From: Azolla caroliniana
Taxonomy: Eukaryota; Plantae; Polypodiophyta
Direction: 5' to 3'
DNA: 64,000 nt
Assembly (NCBI GenBank): GCA_043228905.1
Contig: JBHGNT010000002.1
Coordinates: 7,688,001-7,752,000 of the forward strand
The translations under genes and the position numbers were made by a program. Shown here piece after piece: positions 12,708 through 26,400 of the stretch. Below the pieces are notes generated by a model that worked only from the letters and a program-made list of their open reading frames with translations, did not search any database and had not been told where the DNA came from. Numbering within the stretch: the stretch's first letter is position 1; the number at the start of each line of letters is the position of its first letter.

Positions 12708-13893
12708 GTGAGTCTTGTCTCTCTTCTTTGCCTCACATGCACAACAATAGTAAATAACAGTAAATCACAATAACATTTAATGCCAGAAAATCGAACAACA
12801 TACCCTCTTTCCATGTGTTAACATGTACAAACTTCAAGGAAATGCTGAACATGAAATATAATGTTAACTCCCGATACACAACATATACATGCATCATAAC
12901 AGTACTAAATCAGGTAGGAAAACAATAACAATAAGGACAACAAGAACAACTCGAACAACCGAAAGGACAACTACAAATAGACAAGAGCAAGTACAAGAAT
13001 AAGATCATTTAACAAGAACCCTCTTTCAATATATCAAAATGCACAAAATTCAAGCACCTGTAGAAAATGACATATGCATGTATAGGACTCTCAAATTCAA
13101 GCATATGCATATAAAAAGCTCTGAAATGATCAAGCGAGAACAATACAAACAACAACAACAAAACCCTAAACGACAATAACAGATAGAATCAAACATATAG
13201 CTGAACATGTACCAAATGTCATTATGGTTGTAGATGTCATTGTTGAAGTCTTTGCAGAGGGGACACATTTGAAGCATGGTTTGCAAGAAAATGAACACAC
13301 CAAGTAGAGGGAACACAACGAGCATAGGTCGTTGAAAGGCGTCGATGCAAAGATAACACAATGACTAGAGAACACTTGGAGGTAGAGGGAACACAACTAG
13401 CAAAGCAGAGGTCAATGCAAAGGGGACACGGTGAGTAGAGAACACCTGAGACAGAGAACACACCCAGTAGAGCAAAGGTCGATGCCAGTAGAGGGATACT
13501 AGAAGATGCAGATGGGTCTTGACGAGGATAGTTTGCAGAGAACACCTGGAGGATGCATATGGGTCTCGTTAAGGAGTGTTTGTAGAGAACACATCAAAGA
13601 GAGAATGTGTCCAGCAAAGCAAAGGTTGATGCAAAGAGTACATAGTAGAACACTTGAGAGTGAGAATGCGGCCAACCGAGAACACCTGGAAGATGTAGAT
13701 GGGTCTCGACGAGGAGAGTTTGCAGAGAACGTGGGTAAAAATGAGCATATTGTTGTTGCGGAGAGGACACAATGAGCAGGGATTACATGGAGTTTGCAGA
13801 GTGAGCAGAGAAAATGAAGAAACCTATGTAGAAGGTGGAAGAGAGAGACTCAAAAGAGGGAGGTACGAACCTAGGGAATCAACGAGTAGAAAA

Positions 13894-14601
13894 TGATGAG
13901 GACAGAGAGAAAAAAGATAGAGAAGAGAAGAGGAAGAAAAAAGAATACTTCAATATACTATTAAGAAAAGAATACAATCCTCTTAGACACCAAGAGGAAC
14001 AACCCCAAATAACTACTTCAATATACTATTACTAAAATAGTCTTTTTGCCTTCTCTCTTTCTTCTACTAATTGTCTTCCCACTTCTTCTAATCTTCTTCG
14101 TCTTCCTCACTTCTTCTTCTTCCCTTCTTCTTGTAGATCTTCTATCCTTCCTTGTAGATATTCTATTCTTCCTCCCCAGAATTGCTAAGAATACTGCATA
14201 TTTATAGGTTTTTAGTTGCGTTATTCTTGCTTTTTTCTTTAAATCTTTTCTTTTACATATCCTCGAGTTTGTGTGGTGCGTTTTTCATATAATTATTTCT
14301 GGGTTTTCATCCAATTTTTTCATACAAGAAAGCTCTCTTTGTCAGCTTTCTTACAAATCTTTTCTTTTGAAATTTGGGTAAGAGATGAAGAAGTTATGAG
14401 CTTTTTTCTCTTGCTTTTTCTGCTTAATTTCCCGCGTTTTTCTTCTGTTTCTACTTTTGAAAAATGCCTCTAACTTTATTTCTCTTCAATTTCATTTATC
14501 TTTTAACTCTTGGACCTTTCATATTGTGCTTTGTTCTTCTATACCTCCACATCCAATGTATTTGTCACGGTCTTTTCCTATGAGCAAAAATTGACTTCAC
14601 A
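13894..14601 (-). repeat. Element A 3' LTR
   Basis: tgatgag...ttcaca; direct repeat of 36922-37636. Confidence 0.85.
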
Positions 14602-14786
14602 TTTAGCCCCCCTCCTTGCTTTTTGGTGAACCATTTATGGTGAACCCTAAGCTACTAATAAAACCAAAAATTCTCCTTCGCCTTATTCATCATGGCTATA
14701 GACAAAGAATGAGAGAATAAATAAAAAGAAACAAATTATGTGAGTAAAACCCCCGCTAGTCGGTAGGAAAAACCTCACACTCCTAG

Positions 14787-14817
<31 letters not shown>

Positions 14818-14878
14818 TTGACAATAGCCACCACCATCTTTCTCCTTGTCAACACAAAGAAAAAGGTTACAACAATTA

Positions 14879-16539
14879 TTATATCTTCCTCAATTCTCCA
14901 AATACTAGGTGGACCATCGGATACAGAACTCTTGATAGAAGGAAGCATGTCAACATAATATGAATAAATCTTTCAAGCGATTGAACTTTTTGCACAAACA
15001 CCTTCAAAGCTTTGAGACTTGTTGGAATTGTCACCTTTTGAATTTCTTCGATCTTTGATTTATCCATATAAATTCCTCCTTGGCACACGAAATTCTCCAC
15101 ACTACCTTGTTTTGTATGTATGACCATTTCATCTAGAATCTCATCTCGAAAAGGAAGCAAAAATTGATCTTGTTTGGTTGAATCAATCAAGGGTTTGAAG
15201 TTGATGTCATTCTTCTTTGGAACCACAACAATAGGTGAGACAAACTTCAAATCTTCCAACTTGATGTGGTGCTCGATGTCTTCTCCTCTTATCTATGAAT
15301 AGTCAATTATGAATAACTTTGGAAACTTAGAAATAAGAGAAATAAACCTTTGATGCTCTCCTCGAATATTTTTGGAAATCATCTTTTCTTTTCCCCCCAA
15401 AGTCATAATACTTTTCTCCTCAATGACTTCTTCTTCCTCGTTAGACACCATGTGGAATGATTTATTTTCCCTATCCCATGAAGATTCATCAATTGTTATG
15501 CTTTCCTCTTCTTGCTTGCCATTGTCGATAGATGATTCCTTCTCCTTTATACATTTTGATTAGTTGTTGTGGATCCTTTGATGGTGATAAGTTCATGATA
15601 CTCCAATCATGCATTACAAGTAATTCTCTTGACTCTTGATCAAATTGTTGTTGAAGAGTCGATGCCCACATAACTTTGTTGCTACTCAATGCAAATCCAA
15701 AATACAAATATTGCACAAACACCTTCATACATTACAACTTGGCACTTACCAATGCTTTCTTACACGCATTGATCTCAAAAAACCAATCTCCAGGTTACCT
15801 TCTTCATCTTGCAACTCTGTTGTGGGTACTTCACCATCAACAATGTTTTCAGTCATATCTTCCATTTCATCTTGCACATATTCATCATCAATCACCATAT
15901 CGCTTGTTGTATCAATAATGTCCTCAACATGATGTACATTGGCATCACCATCCATAGCATCGCTTCTCATAACAATCTCCTTGGATTCATCTTTCACATC
16001 ATCATTCTTTGTATCATGGTTGTCCTCATGAACTAGATGGGGGAATTCCACATTCATCATTTCTTCTTCTTTGTCTTTGGAATCACCTTCATAGACATCA
16101 TCATAACTCCAAAAATTAGAATAATGATATGAGGGAACCTGTTGAATCGGACATTGCAAGTATGCTTGTTGTTGGCTCATGACCGATCCACAATTATCAT
16201 AGCTTGGATTTATAGTATATGACGTCGATACTCCATATGCTTCACCGAATATCAGCTTCTTCAATTGTTGATCATAACTTTGACATACTCGAAGCAAATC
16301 ATGGAAAGTCCTTCGATACTTATATGCACTTCATATTGAAAATATGGATCTAGCCCTGCTTTGAATCTTTGCATCTTGAAGTATACATCTTCAACACCTC
16401 CAACAAGTCGAATCCAAGTGGACCATATATCCAAAACTGTCTTCTCATACTCGAGGCAGCACATTGATGAAACCATACGCAATTGGAAAAGTTCTCTTCG
16501 TAGATCTGTCGCATCGCGAACTCCATATCTTGCCATCAA
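14879..16539 (-). pseudogene. Element A gag/pol remnants
   Basis: RFKAGL gag-like motif; SPIVVVPKKN...DQFLLPFRDEILDEM RT-like motif; heavily deleted. Confidence 0.6.
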
Positions 16540-16621
16540 TTTGATGATGAATCGGTAGATCCAACCATCAATGAGTGGACAACCGTTCCTCCCGTTATAT
16601 GAAAAGGATTGACCCTCCCTG

Positions 16622-17036
16622 TGTCATGATATGGAACCCATGACCTTATGCTACATGGGTCGAGCTCTTGACCATTAGACTATACATTGTAATACGTAGA
16701 ATATTATTTTCATTTATGTTTTATTATAGAAAATTGATGTATATTCCAGATTTCTCTGGAACATTCTAGAAACTTTAGGAGTATTCCTTAAAACACTATA
16801 AAAGGAGGCACAAGGCATTATTTCGAACCAAATCGGTTCAACGCCAGTCTTAAGCCTCCTAGCTACTGTACATTTTCTTCACATAATATATATCTTTTCT
16901 TATCATCTCTCCCTCTCGATCTCTCTCTCCCTCCCTCTCACTCACTCTTTCCTTCTCTCGAGAGTTCTTCACCTCTCTTAGTACTAATACTTCTTTTAGT
17001 ACTAATTCCTTCTCTGTCTTAGTACTGTTCCTGATA
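16622..17036 (+). repeat. Element B 5' LTR
   Basis: tgtcatgat...; TATA (tataaaagg) at 16797; direct repeat of 36482-36905. Confidence 0.9.
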
Positions 17037-17038
17037 GT

Positions 17039-17051
17039 TTGAACCGATTTG
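17039..17051 (+). promoter_or_regulatory. Self-priming PBS
   Basis: ttgaaccgatttg is the exact reverse complement of caaatcggttcaa at 16829-16841, 32 nt downstream of the LTR TATA box. Confidence 0.8.
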
Positions 17052-17109
17052 CCTACCTTTTGTCTCTCTCATTTCCTACTAATCTCTTATTCCTCTTTTC
17101 TTTCATCCC

Positions 17110-18229
17110 ATGGCCACTATTAGCGCTGAAGAATATCAATCTGTTTTCTCTGAATTTCAATGCTTGAAAGAGAAGTTCCATGCTTTGGAACAAGAAAACC
17201 AACAGTTGCTGGGGGATCTTCAGCAAATCTCCTTAGAAAAGCAGCAAACGCAACAACAGCATGGGGAACTTGCATTACACGTGCAACAACTCGAAGCAAC
17301 CATCGTAGCGATGCAACAACAAGGGCCCGGAACACAAGGGATTCATAAAGAACCCAAGATTGGCCTTCCCACGAAGTTCGATGGAACGCGATCACAGTTT
17401 AGAGGGTTCCTTAACCAGGTATGATTAGTTATTCAAATGCATCCTTCCTGATATCCCACCGATGCATCACGAGTGGGTTTTGTAGGCACTTTGTTAAGTG
17501 GCTCAGCGTTGGCATGATTCGCTCCACTATTAGAAAAGGAATCTCCGTTACTCAACAATTTTGAAGAGTTTCTAGGTGAGTTTAAAGCATGTTTTGGAGA
17601 TACTGACAGCACCAGGACCGGAATCAACAAAATTCGGCGATTACGCCAAGGTGACCGTCTAGCCTCCGCATACGTTGCATATTTTCGCCTACTCGCCGCC
17701 GATATCCCTTGGGATGATTAAGCGTTGATGGAGCAATTCCGTTATGGTTTACGCAACGACGTCAAGGATTTACTCTTGACCTTCCCCGAAGAGCCAAAGT
17801 CCTTAACAGAAGCAATCAGTCGCACGGTGAGATGTGACAACCGCCTCTTTGAGTGACGTTCGGAAAGACAACTACAGATGCCGATGGCAAGATCAGAGCC
17901 CACCTACGCCTCAGTGGTAGCAAGACCTTTTCCGAGGGAGTCATATAATGCGCCTCCAGCGAATACTCCGACTCCGATGGAGATTGACACTACACGTCCT
18001 CGAGGGCCATTATCTGAAGAAGAAAAGCAGTGACGTCGTACAAATGGACTATGTCTTTACTGCGGTGGACCAGGACATATTGCAATAAATTTCCCCCATA
18101 GGCCTAGAAGACAGGTAAACCAAATAGTCGCTAGTAGGGATATCAAATAGTCCTAATAGTATTAATAGCCCAGATCTAGCGAACAGATTTGATGTCCTTA
18201 GTCAGTTAGAAGAAGAGTTAAACGACTAA
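17110..18229 (+). pseudogene. gag: Element B gag, copy 1 (nonsense mutations)
   Basis: Coiled coil, then EPKIGLPTKFDGTRSQFRGF; several in-frame stops. Confidence 0.85.
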
Positions 18230-18273
18230 GTCCAGCCAAAATAGGAGTCGTTTGGCTGGACAGCCCTAGATCT

Positions 18274-19662
18274 GTGCAGCTCATCAGTGGTTCCATTCCC
18301 TCTAAGCAAGTTAGTGATGTATTCATAGCCCAAGTAATAGTTAGTACTAAAAGTACCCCTCTAGTACATGTCCTAGGAATCCTAGATTCCGGAGCTAACC
18401 CTTGCTTTATGGATAAGAAATTTGCTCAAGCTCATAAGATATGCCTAAGAAAACTCCAGTGTCCAGCCTCTGTATTAGTCATTGATGGACGTCCCATTGC
18501 TTCCGGAAATATCATAGAAGAGTCAGAGCCCATTAATATTGTCCTAGATAACTTAGCATGTGTAGTATCATTTAATATTATTAGTATCCCAGAACATCCC
18601 ATAGTTTTAGGATTACCATGGTTTGAGTTACATAACCCAGACATAGATTGGAGAACAAGAGAAATCCAGTGTCGACAAACCCAAGGGTCAACTCAGAAGA
18701 TGGCAACCATTTCGCTACGTCAATTGTGTAAAGAAGGGTGCAAGGAGGAAATGTTCCTCTTTGCAATATCAGTAAACCCCTCCAGCACCACTAAAGAAGA
18801 ATTCACCGTTCAACTTCCCGAGAAGTATCGTCATTACGCCGATGTGTTCGATAAAGTACAAGCCAACACACTTCCTCATCATCGACCGTATGATTGCCCC
18901 ATCGATTTACAACCAGGAAAAGAGCCGCCATGGGGACCGATCTACAATTTGTCACCAACCGAGCTGGAAGTCCTTCGGGCCTATATAGAGGAGAATTTGA
19001 AAAATGGTTTCATTCGGCATTCGAAATCTCTAGCCGGCACGCCCACTTTCTTCGTCAAGAAAAAGGATGGATCGCTTCGTCTCGTTGTAGATTACCGTGG
19101 CTTGAATAAGGTTACAATCAGGAATAGGTATGCTCTTCCCCTTATCTCAAGTCGTTTAGAACGGATCAATGGTGCCAGGTTCTTCACGAGGATCGACTTA
19201 CATGGAACATATAACCTCGTACGGATCCGACCAGGAGACGAATGGAAGACAGTGTTTGGCACCAGATATGGGCACTTCGAGTATACGGTCATGCCGTTCG
19301 GCCTCACTAATGCGTCGGCAGTCTTCCAGGACATGGCTAATGATATATTCCGAGATCTATTGGATGATTGTTTGATCATCTATTTGGATGATCTACTGGT
19401 TTATTCAAAGACCCAAGAAGAACATGATTCTCATGTACTATTAGTACTAAAACGACTTCGAGAACATGGTCTGTATGCAAAGTTGAAAAAATGTAGTTTC
19501 GGTTGCAACCAAGTGGAATTTTTCGGCTACATCATTTCGTCAGAAGGCATCTCCATGGACCCAACTAAGGTCAAAACAGTGGTAGAATGGCAGACTCCGC
19601 GTTCGGTGCGGGATGTGCAATGCTTCCTAGGATTTGCCAATTTTTACCGGAAGTTCATACAA
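18274..19662 (+). pseudogene. pol: Element B pol (PR-RT), copy 1, cut at the duplication junction
   Basis: ILDSGA, FVKKKDGSLRLVVDYRGLN, YLDD. Confidence 0.9.
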
Positions 19663-20285
19663 GATTACGCCAAGGTGACCGTCCAGCCTCCGCATACGCT
19701 GCAGATTTTCGCCTACTCGCCGCTGATATCCCTTGGGATGATCAAGTGTTGATGGAGCAATTCCGTTATGGTTTACACAACGACGTCAAGGATTTACTCT
19801 TGAGCTTGCCCGAAGAGCCAAAGTCCTTAACAGAAGCAATCAGCCGTGCGGTGAGATGTGACAACCGCCTCTTTGAGCGACGTTCGGAACGACAGCTACA
19901 GATGCCGAGGGCAAGATCAGAGCCCACCTATGCCTCAATGGTAGCAAGACCTTTTTCGAGGGAGTCATATAATGCGCCTCCAGCGAATACTCCGACTCCG
20001 ATGGAGATTGACACTACACGTCGTCGAGGGCCATTATCTGAGGAAGAAAAGCCGCGACGCCGTACAAATCGACTATGTCTTTACTGCGGTGGACCAGGAC
20101 ATATTGCAATAAATTGCCCCCATAGGCCAAGAAGACAGGTAAACCAAATAGTCGCTAGTTCTAATTGTACTAAACCTGAGCCTATTTCAGTAGGGATATC
20201 TGGTAGTCCTAATAGTACTAATAGCCTAGATCTAGCGAACAGATTTGATGTCCTTAGTCAATTAGAAGAAGAGTTAAACGACTAA
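19663..20285 (+). pseudogene. gag: Element B gag C-terminal half, copy 2
   Basis: PTPMEID and CLYCGGPGHIAINCP zinc knuckle. Confidence 0.85.
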
Positions 20286-20311
20286 GTCCAGCCAAAATAG
20301 GAGCCATTTGG

Positions 20312-21853
20312 TTGGATAGCCCTAGATCTGTGCAGCCCATTAGTGGTTCCATTCCCTCTAAGCAAGTTAGTGATGTGTTCGTAGTCCAAGTGATAGTTAG
20401 TACTAAAAGTACCCCTCTAGTACATGTCCTAGCACTCCTTGATTCTGGAGCTAACTCTTGCTTTATGGATAAGAAATTTGCTCAAGCTCATAAGATATCC
20501 CTAAGAAAACTCCAGTGTCCAGCCTCTGTAGTAGTCATTGATGGACGTCCCATTGCTTCTGGAAATATCATAGAAGAGTCAGAGCCCATTAATATTGTCC
20601 TAGATAACTTAGCATGTGTAGTATCATTTAATATTATTAGTATCCCAGAACATCCCATAGTTTTAGGATTGCTGTGGTTCAAGTTACATAACCCATACAT
20701 AGATTGGAGAACAAGAGAAATCCAGTGTCGACAAACCCAAGGGTCAACTCAGAAGATGGCAACCATTTCGCTACATCAGTTGCGTAAAGAAGGGCACAAA
20801 GAGGAAATGTTCCTCTTTGCCATATCAGTAAACGCCTCTAGCACCACTAAAGAAAAATCCACCGTTCAACTTCTCGAGAAGTATCGTCATTACGCCGATG
20901 TGTTCGATAAAGTACAAGCCAACACACTTCCTTATCATCGACCGTACGATTGCCCCATCGATTTACAACTTGAAAAAGAGCCGCCATGGGGACCGATCTA
21001 CAATTTGTCACCAACCGAGCTGGAAGTCCTTCGGGCATATATAGAAGAGAATTTGGAGAATGGTTTCATTCGGCATTCGAAATCTCCAGCCGGAGCGCAC
21101 ATTTTCTTCATCAAGAAAAAGGATGGATCCCTTCGTCTCGTTGTAGATTACCGTGGCCTGAATAAGGTTACAATCAGGAATAGGTATGCTCTTCCCCTTA
21201 TCTCAAGTCGTTTAGAACGGATCAATGGTGCCAGGTTCTTCACGAAGATCGACTTACGGGCATCATATAACCTCGTACGGATCCGACCAAGACATGAATG
21301 GAAGACCGTGTTTCGCACCAGATATGGGCACTTCGAGTATACGGTCATGCCGTTCGGCCTCACTAATGCACCGGCAGTCTTCCAGGATATGGCTAATGAT
21401 ATATTCCAAGATCTATTGGATGATTGTTTGATCATCTATTTGGATGAATTACTGGTTTATTCAAAGACCCAAGACGAACATGATTCTCATGTACTATTAG
21501 TACTAAAACGACTTCGAGAACATGGTCTGTATGCAAAGCTAGAAAAATGTAGTTTCAGGTGCAACCAAGTGGAATTTCTCGGCTACATCATTTCGTCAGA
21601 AGGCATCTCCATGGACCCAACTAAGGTCAAAACAGTGGTAGAATGGTAGACTCCGCGTTCCGTGCGGGATGTGCAATGCTTCCTAGGCTTTGCCAATTTT
21701 TACCGGAAGTTCATACAAGATTACTCAAAGATCGTTGTACCTCTCACACAACTTACCAGGAAGGGACAACCGTTCATCTGGTCTGAAGAAACGGACATGG
21801 CTTTCGAGAGTCTTAAAAAGGCATTTACATCGGCTTTAATTCTAGCTCATGTC
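20312..21853 (+). pseudogene. pol: Element B pol (PR-RT), copy 2
   Basis: LLDSGA; RT with YLDE (YLDD mutated); stop at 21649; interrupted by element C. Confidence 0.9.
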
Positions 21854-22307
21854 TGTTACGAGCATGACCATATAATATCCCGTGGTAAGAATTTACCGTA
21901 GTAATCTATACACGTGGATAAGTGTGAGGGTTAAATGAGAGTGTAAAGAAGGGGAGGATTACTTTTATCCTCGGGATTGAGACAACCCATTAGGTCAAGT
22001 GTGAACTTGCCTGGGGGCCTTGGGTATCGCTATAAATAAGAGGCCTAGCTACCCTCATTTGATCATCTTTTGACTACATCGAGACTCTGCTCGTGTGGTG
22101 GGTCAACTCTTGTAGCGAGCGCGCCAGCACCAGGTACGACTCGACGCCACGGCGGTGGTATGGGACGCCGATCGAGGCTCGAGTCCGTCTCGATCCCTTC
22201 GCTCGGGGGTGGTCGGGTGGATCGGCACCCTTCTTTCTCTTTCTCCTTTCTATCTTTCAATTCTTTATCCTTATCTTAAGCTTACATTAGTGCTATGATC
22301 TATAATA
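21854..22307 (+). repeat. Element C 5' LTR
   Basis: tgttacgagc...tctataata. Confidence 0.93.
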
Positions 22308-23435
22308 TTTGGTATCAGATTTTTTTACTAATGTTTCTTTGTTTTTCATTTGTCTTTTGATTGATGCTGATCGATCGTTGTGCGGTTGGCCTTGATCCAG
22401 ACAACGATCAACAAAGAACTTCGGTAACTCTTTCCATATTTTTCTTTCTATTCTCTCTTCTCCCATCTAATCATGTGTTTAGTTTATATGTAATTTTTTT
22501 TTCATTAAGTCAATGATGTTGTAGTGGTCTTTAATTGATTATCTAAAACGTTTACATATGTGCACGAGGTCAATACCTCGTTTGACATGTTAATAATATG
22601 TGATGAGTGTCGTATGCGTACGAGGTTAATACCTCAATTACGTATTACGTTCACGAACATATGTTACGTTTGCGTATGAGTTTAATACCTTGATTTGTTG
22701 TAAACGATATGCGTTTGGTCTCGTATGCGTAAGAGGTCAATACCTCCATTGCGTATTACGATGATCTCTTATTTGTGGATGTTTTGTGTGCGTAGAGGTA
22801 TATACCTCGATTACGTATCTCGATCACATCATTTGTGGCTATTTTCTATAACGATATGTTGAATATAGGCATATGTGGTCACATATATACGTATTTGATA
22901 ATACGTATATATGTGATAAGTAAACATATGTGTATATTCGTTATTACGTGATTATATCGAAAGTTGTCATGATCGGGAAAAGGATGTTGGTGGCCGTCCT
23001 CACATTTTTGTGAGAATGGCGTTGTCACCATCCCTTTTTCAACATTTTTTTATTGTTGATAACCCCGTTGATGACCTCGATTTCGTTACGTAAAGAAACG
23101 CCGATAGCCAAAATGATGTTGAGTACGTAGGGCTTGACCCACTTCAAGTGAGGTCGCTCCAATGACGCGCGTATCCAACATCCCTCCCTCGTTACATGGA
23201 TACGATGCCACCATGAGCTCGTTCTTACGAGAGGCATTCGTAATGACGTGACCATGTGATGGCCCATGTGAGCCTACTACGAAACAAGGGCTCATTTGGC
23301 TTCACCATTAGGTTGCACTTTGGCGTATGCCATCGTAATTACGAGACTTGAGGTTAGGTAACGTACCAACATAGTTTTGGTAAATGAGGGCGAAATAAGG
23401 ACCCTTGACATATATGTTCTTTTAAAAAAACATAT

Positions 23436-26400
23436 ATGATCAATTGCCTCGCATATCTCTTATACGCATCAAACATTAAACATTCGAGAAGACCTTCAGG
23501 TCAGATTCCTAATGTCCTTCAGGTCTATACACATCATTTGAGTAATTGTCAATGTTCTTTCCCTCATTATGTATTGGGTCCCAATGATTTACTACGTGCA
23601 AACGGGTATATCAATGGATCTCCCGTACAATTTTTATTTGATTCGGGAAGCTCACACAATTTTGTGAATGATCGTTTAGTTCAGATATGGGGAATCCAAC
23701 CCACCGTAAGTGATCACACCTACACGGTGCACTTGGCTGATGGAAGAGTACAATACATCAACGGGGCGATTCATTCATTAGGAATTTCTATTGATACTTA
23801 TATAGAGGAAGTAGACTTCCATGTAATGAATCTTTGTACCACCGATGTAATACTGGGTTATCCCTGGTTTTTTAATAAAAACTCTTCTTTATTTATTGAT
23901 TGGGTTCGTCATTCCATTTCTTTTGTACTGAACGATTGTACGCATTTTATTCAATGTGTAAAAAAACAATCCCTCTCGATTGTTTCCTCGTGTCCATCAA
24001 TATCTGAGTTGTCTTGTTCTACGTTATTTTATTGTGTACTTGATCCGGACATTCACGTTTACAATATCGATAATGTCCCGATTCAATTAACATATTTTGA
24101 ACAACAACAACTTGATGAAATCATAAATGATTTTCATGATGTTTTTCCAAGTGAACTACCTGATGGGTTACCTCCTAAACGTAATATAGACCATCGTATA
24201 GATATTGTACCTGGTGTTGCACCAATAAGTATACCTCCGTATCGCTTAAGTCGATCCGAAGAAGATGAGGTATCTAAGCAACTCAAGGACTATTTACGAA
24301 TGGGTTATATACGTTATAGTAAATCTCCATGGGGTGCACCAGTTCTCTTGGTTAAAAAGAAAGAGGGCACATGGCGTATGTGTATTAATTACCGACGCTT
24401 GAATAAAGTGACGATCAAGAATTCGTATCCATTGCCCCGGGCTGACGATCTAATTGACCGTCTCCAGGGAGCTCGGTATTTTACGAAACTTGATCTCCGT
24501 ACTGGCTACCATCAAATACAAATAAGTGAGGACGATGTTCCTAAAACGGCATTTCGTACGCGCTATGGCCATTACGAGTTTTTGGTTATGCCTTTTGGTT
24601 TGACCAATGCTTCGGCTACTTTTCAACAAGAAATGAATGACATTTTCCGAGAACAACTTGGAAAATTTGTCGTTATTTTCTTGGATGATATTTTAGTTTA
24701 TAGCCGTACATTACAAGAACATGCTAGACATGTCCGCTTTGTTTTACAAACATTGCGTGACAAACAGTTTTATGCGAAGATCTCAAAATGTGAGTTCTTC
24801 AAGAAATCAATTACTTATCTAGGACATCTCATAACCAAACGAGGAGTTGAAATTGATCCTTCTCGCATTGAGAAAATCAAGCTTTGGCCCACTCTTCGGA
24901 ATATTCGAGAAGTTCGATCATTCCTTGGTTTTGTGGGGTTTTTGCGAAAGTCTCTTCGTAATTACTCCCAATTGACGACGCCGTTTACTGATCTTTTAAA
25001 AGGTCAAACGCGTAAGTCTACAAAACCTATTGTGTGGAATGCTACACTAGACCTTGCCTTTAAGGAACTCAAGGACCTGGTTTGCAAGGCTCCTTCACTT
25101 CTTTTACCCGATCCTTCAAAACCTTTTGAGGTTGAAACCGATGCAAGCGATTATGCTATAGGTGTTGTCTTGTATCAAGATGGTAAACCAATAGCATTCG
25201 AGAGTAAGAAACTTGATTCTGCTCAATGTCGGTATACCGTTCAAGAAAAGGAATTATTTGCAGTTATACATGCGCTCAAAACATGGCGCCATTATCTTTA
25301 TGGAAATCACTTTGTGGTAACTACGGACCACGAGTCCTTGAAATATTTTTGTGACCAACAAGACCTGAAAGGTCGTAAGGCACGATGGGCTGATCTCATC
25401 CAGGACTTTGATTTTTCCATACGATATCGTAAAGGTTCCATGAACATTATCGCTGATGCACTAAGTCGCATCCGTGAAGTTAACACGCTTAGCTTCACTG
25501 AAATATCATCAGATCTTTATGATCACCTTCGAGGAAAGTATCCTGATGACAGTTATTTTGCAAAATACTGGGCAAGAGTTGAGTCTGGAACAGACACCAC
25601 CACATCCTCGAAGGAATACTTCCACATTGCTAACGGTTTGCTCTACCGTAAGGGGAAGGTTTGTGTTCCAGATTTACCCGAGGTCGAAAAGAGGATTCTT
25701 TTTGAATGCCATGATGCACCCTCAGCAGGGCACCCTGGAATACATCGTACACTCGTTCTCATCTCCACTCAATTTTATTGGCCTAAGATGCGTCCTGACA
25801 TACATAGCTATGTGACTAAATGTCACCAGTGTCAGGTTAACAAAGCCGAGCGACTTAAAGCCGCAGGACTTTTACATCCCTTGGACATTCCCAATAATAA
25901 GTGGGAAAGTATATCCATGGATTTTATTGTTAGCCTTCCTCGCACCCAAAAAGGTCATGATGCCATCTGGGTTGTCGTTGATCGACTAACTAAAATGGCT
26001 AGATTTATTGCTACTAAAACCACGGTAACAGCTCCTGAATTGGCTTACCAATTCGTTGACGAATTGTTTCGTTTTTATGGGTTACCGATGGATATCGTGA
26101 GTGATCGAGATCCAAAGTTTACTAGTGACTTCTGGACACAAGTCTTTAAGAAGTTAGAAACTACGTTGAGCATGAGCTCCACGGATCATCTTCAATCCGA
26201 TGGACAGACAGAACGAGTAAATCAAATTATTGAGGACATGCTTCGAGCATACGTTGGTGCAAAACCAACAAAATGGGAACGTTATCTCCCAATTTTGGAG
26301 TTTGCTTATAACAGCTCCAAGCATACGTCGACGGGATATAGTCCTTTTATGTTGATGTATGGTTTTCAGCCACGAGCCCCGATTGATGTTACTATACATC

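Noticed and set aside
13237-13830. Overlapping short ORFs with recurring agagaacac motifs
   Set aside because: Degenerate low-complexity repeats with no recognisable protein motif.
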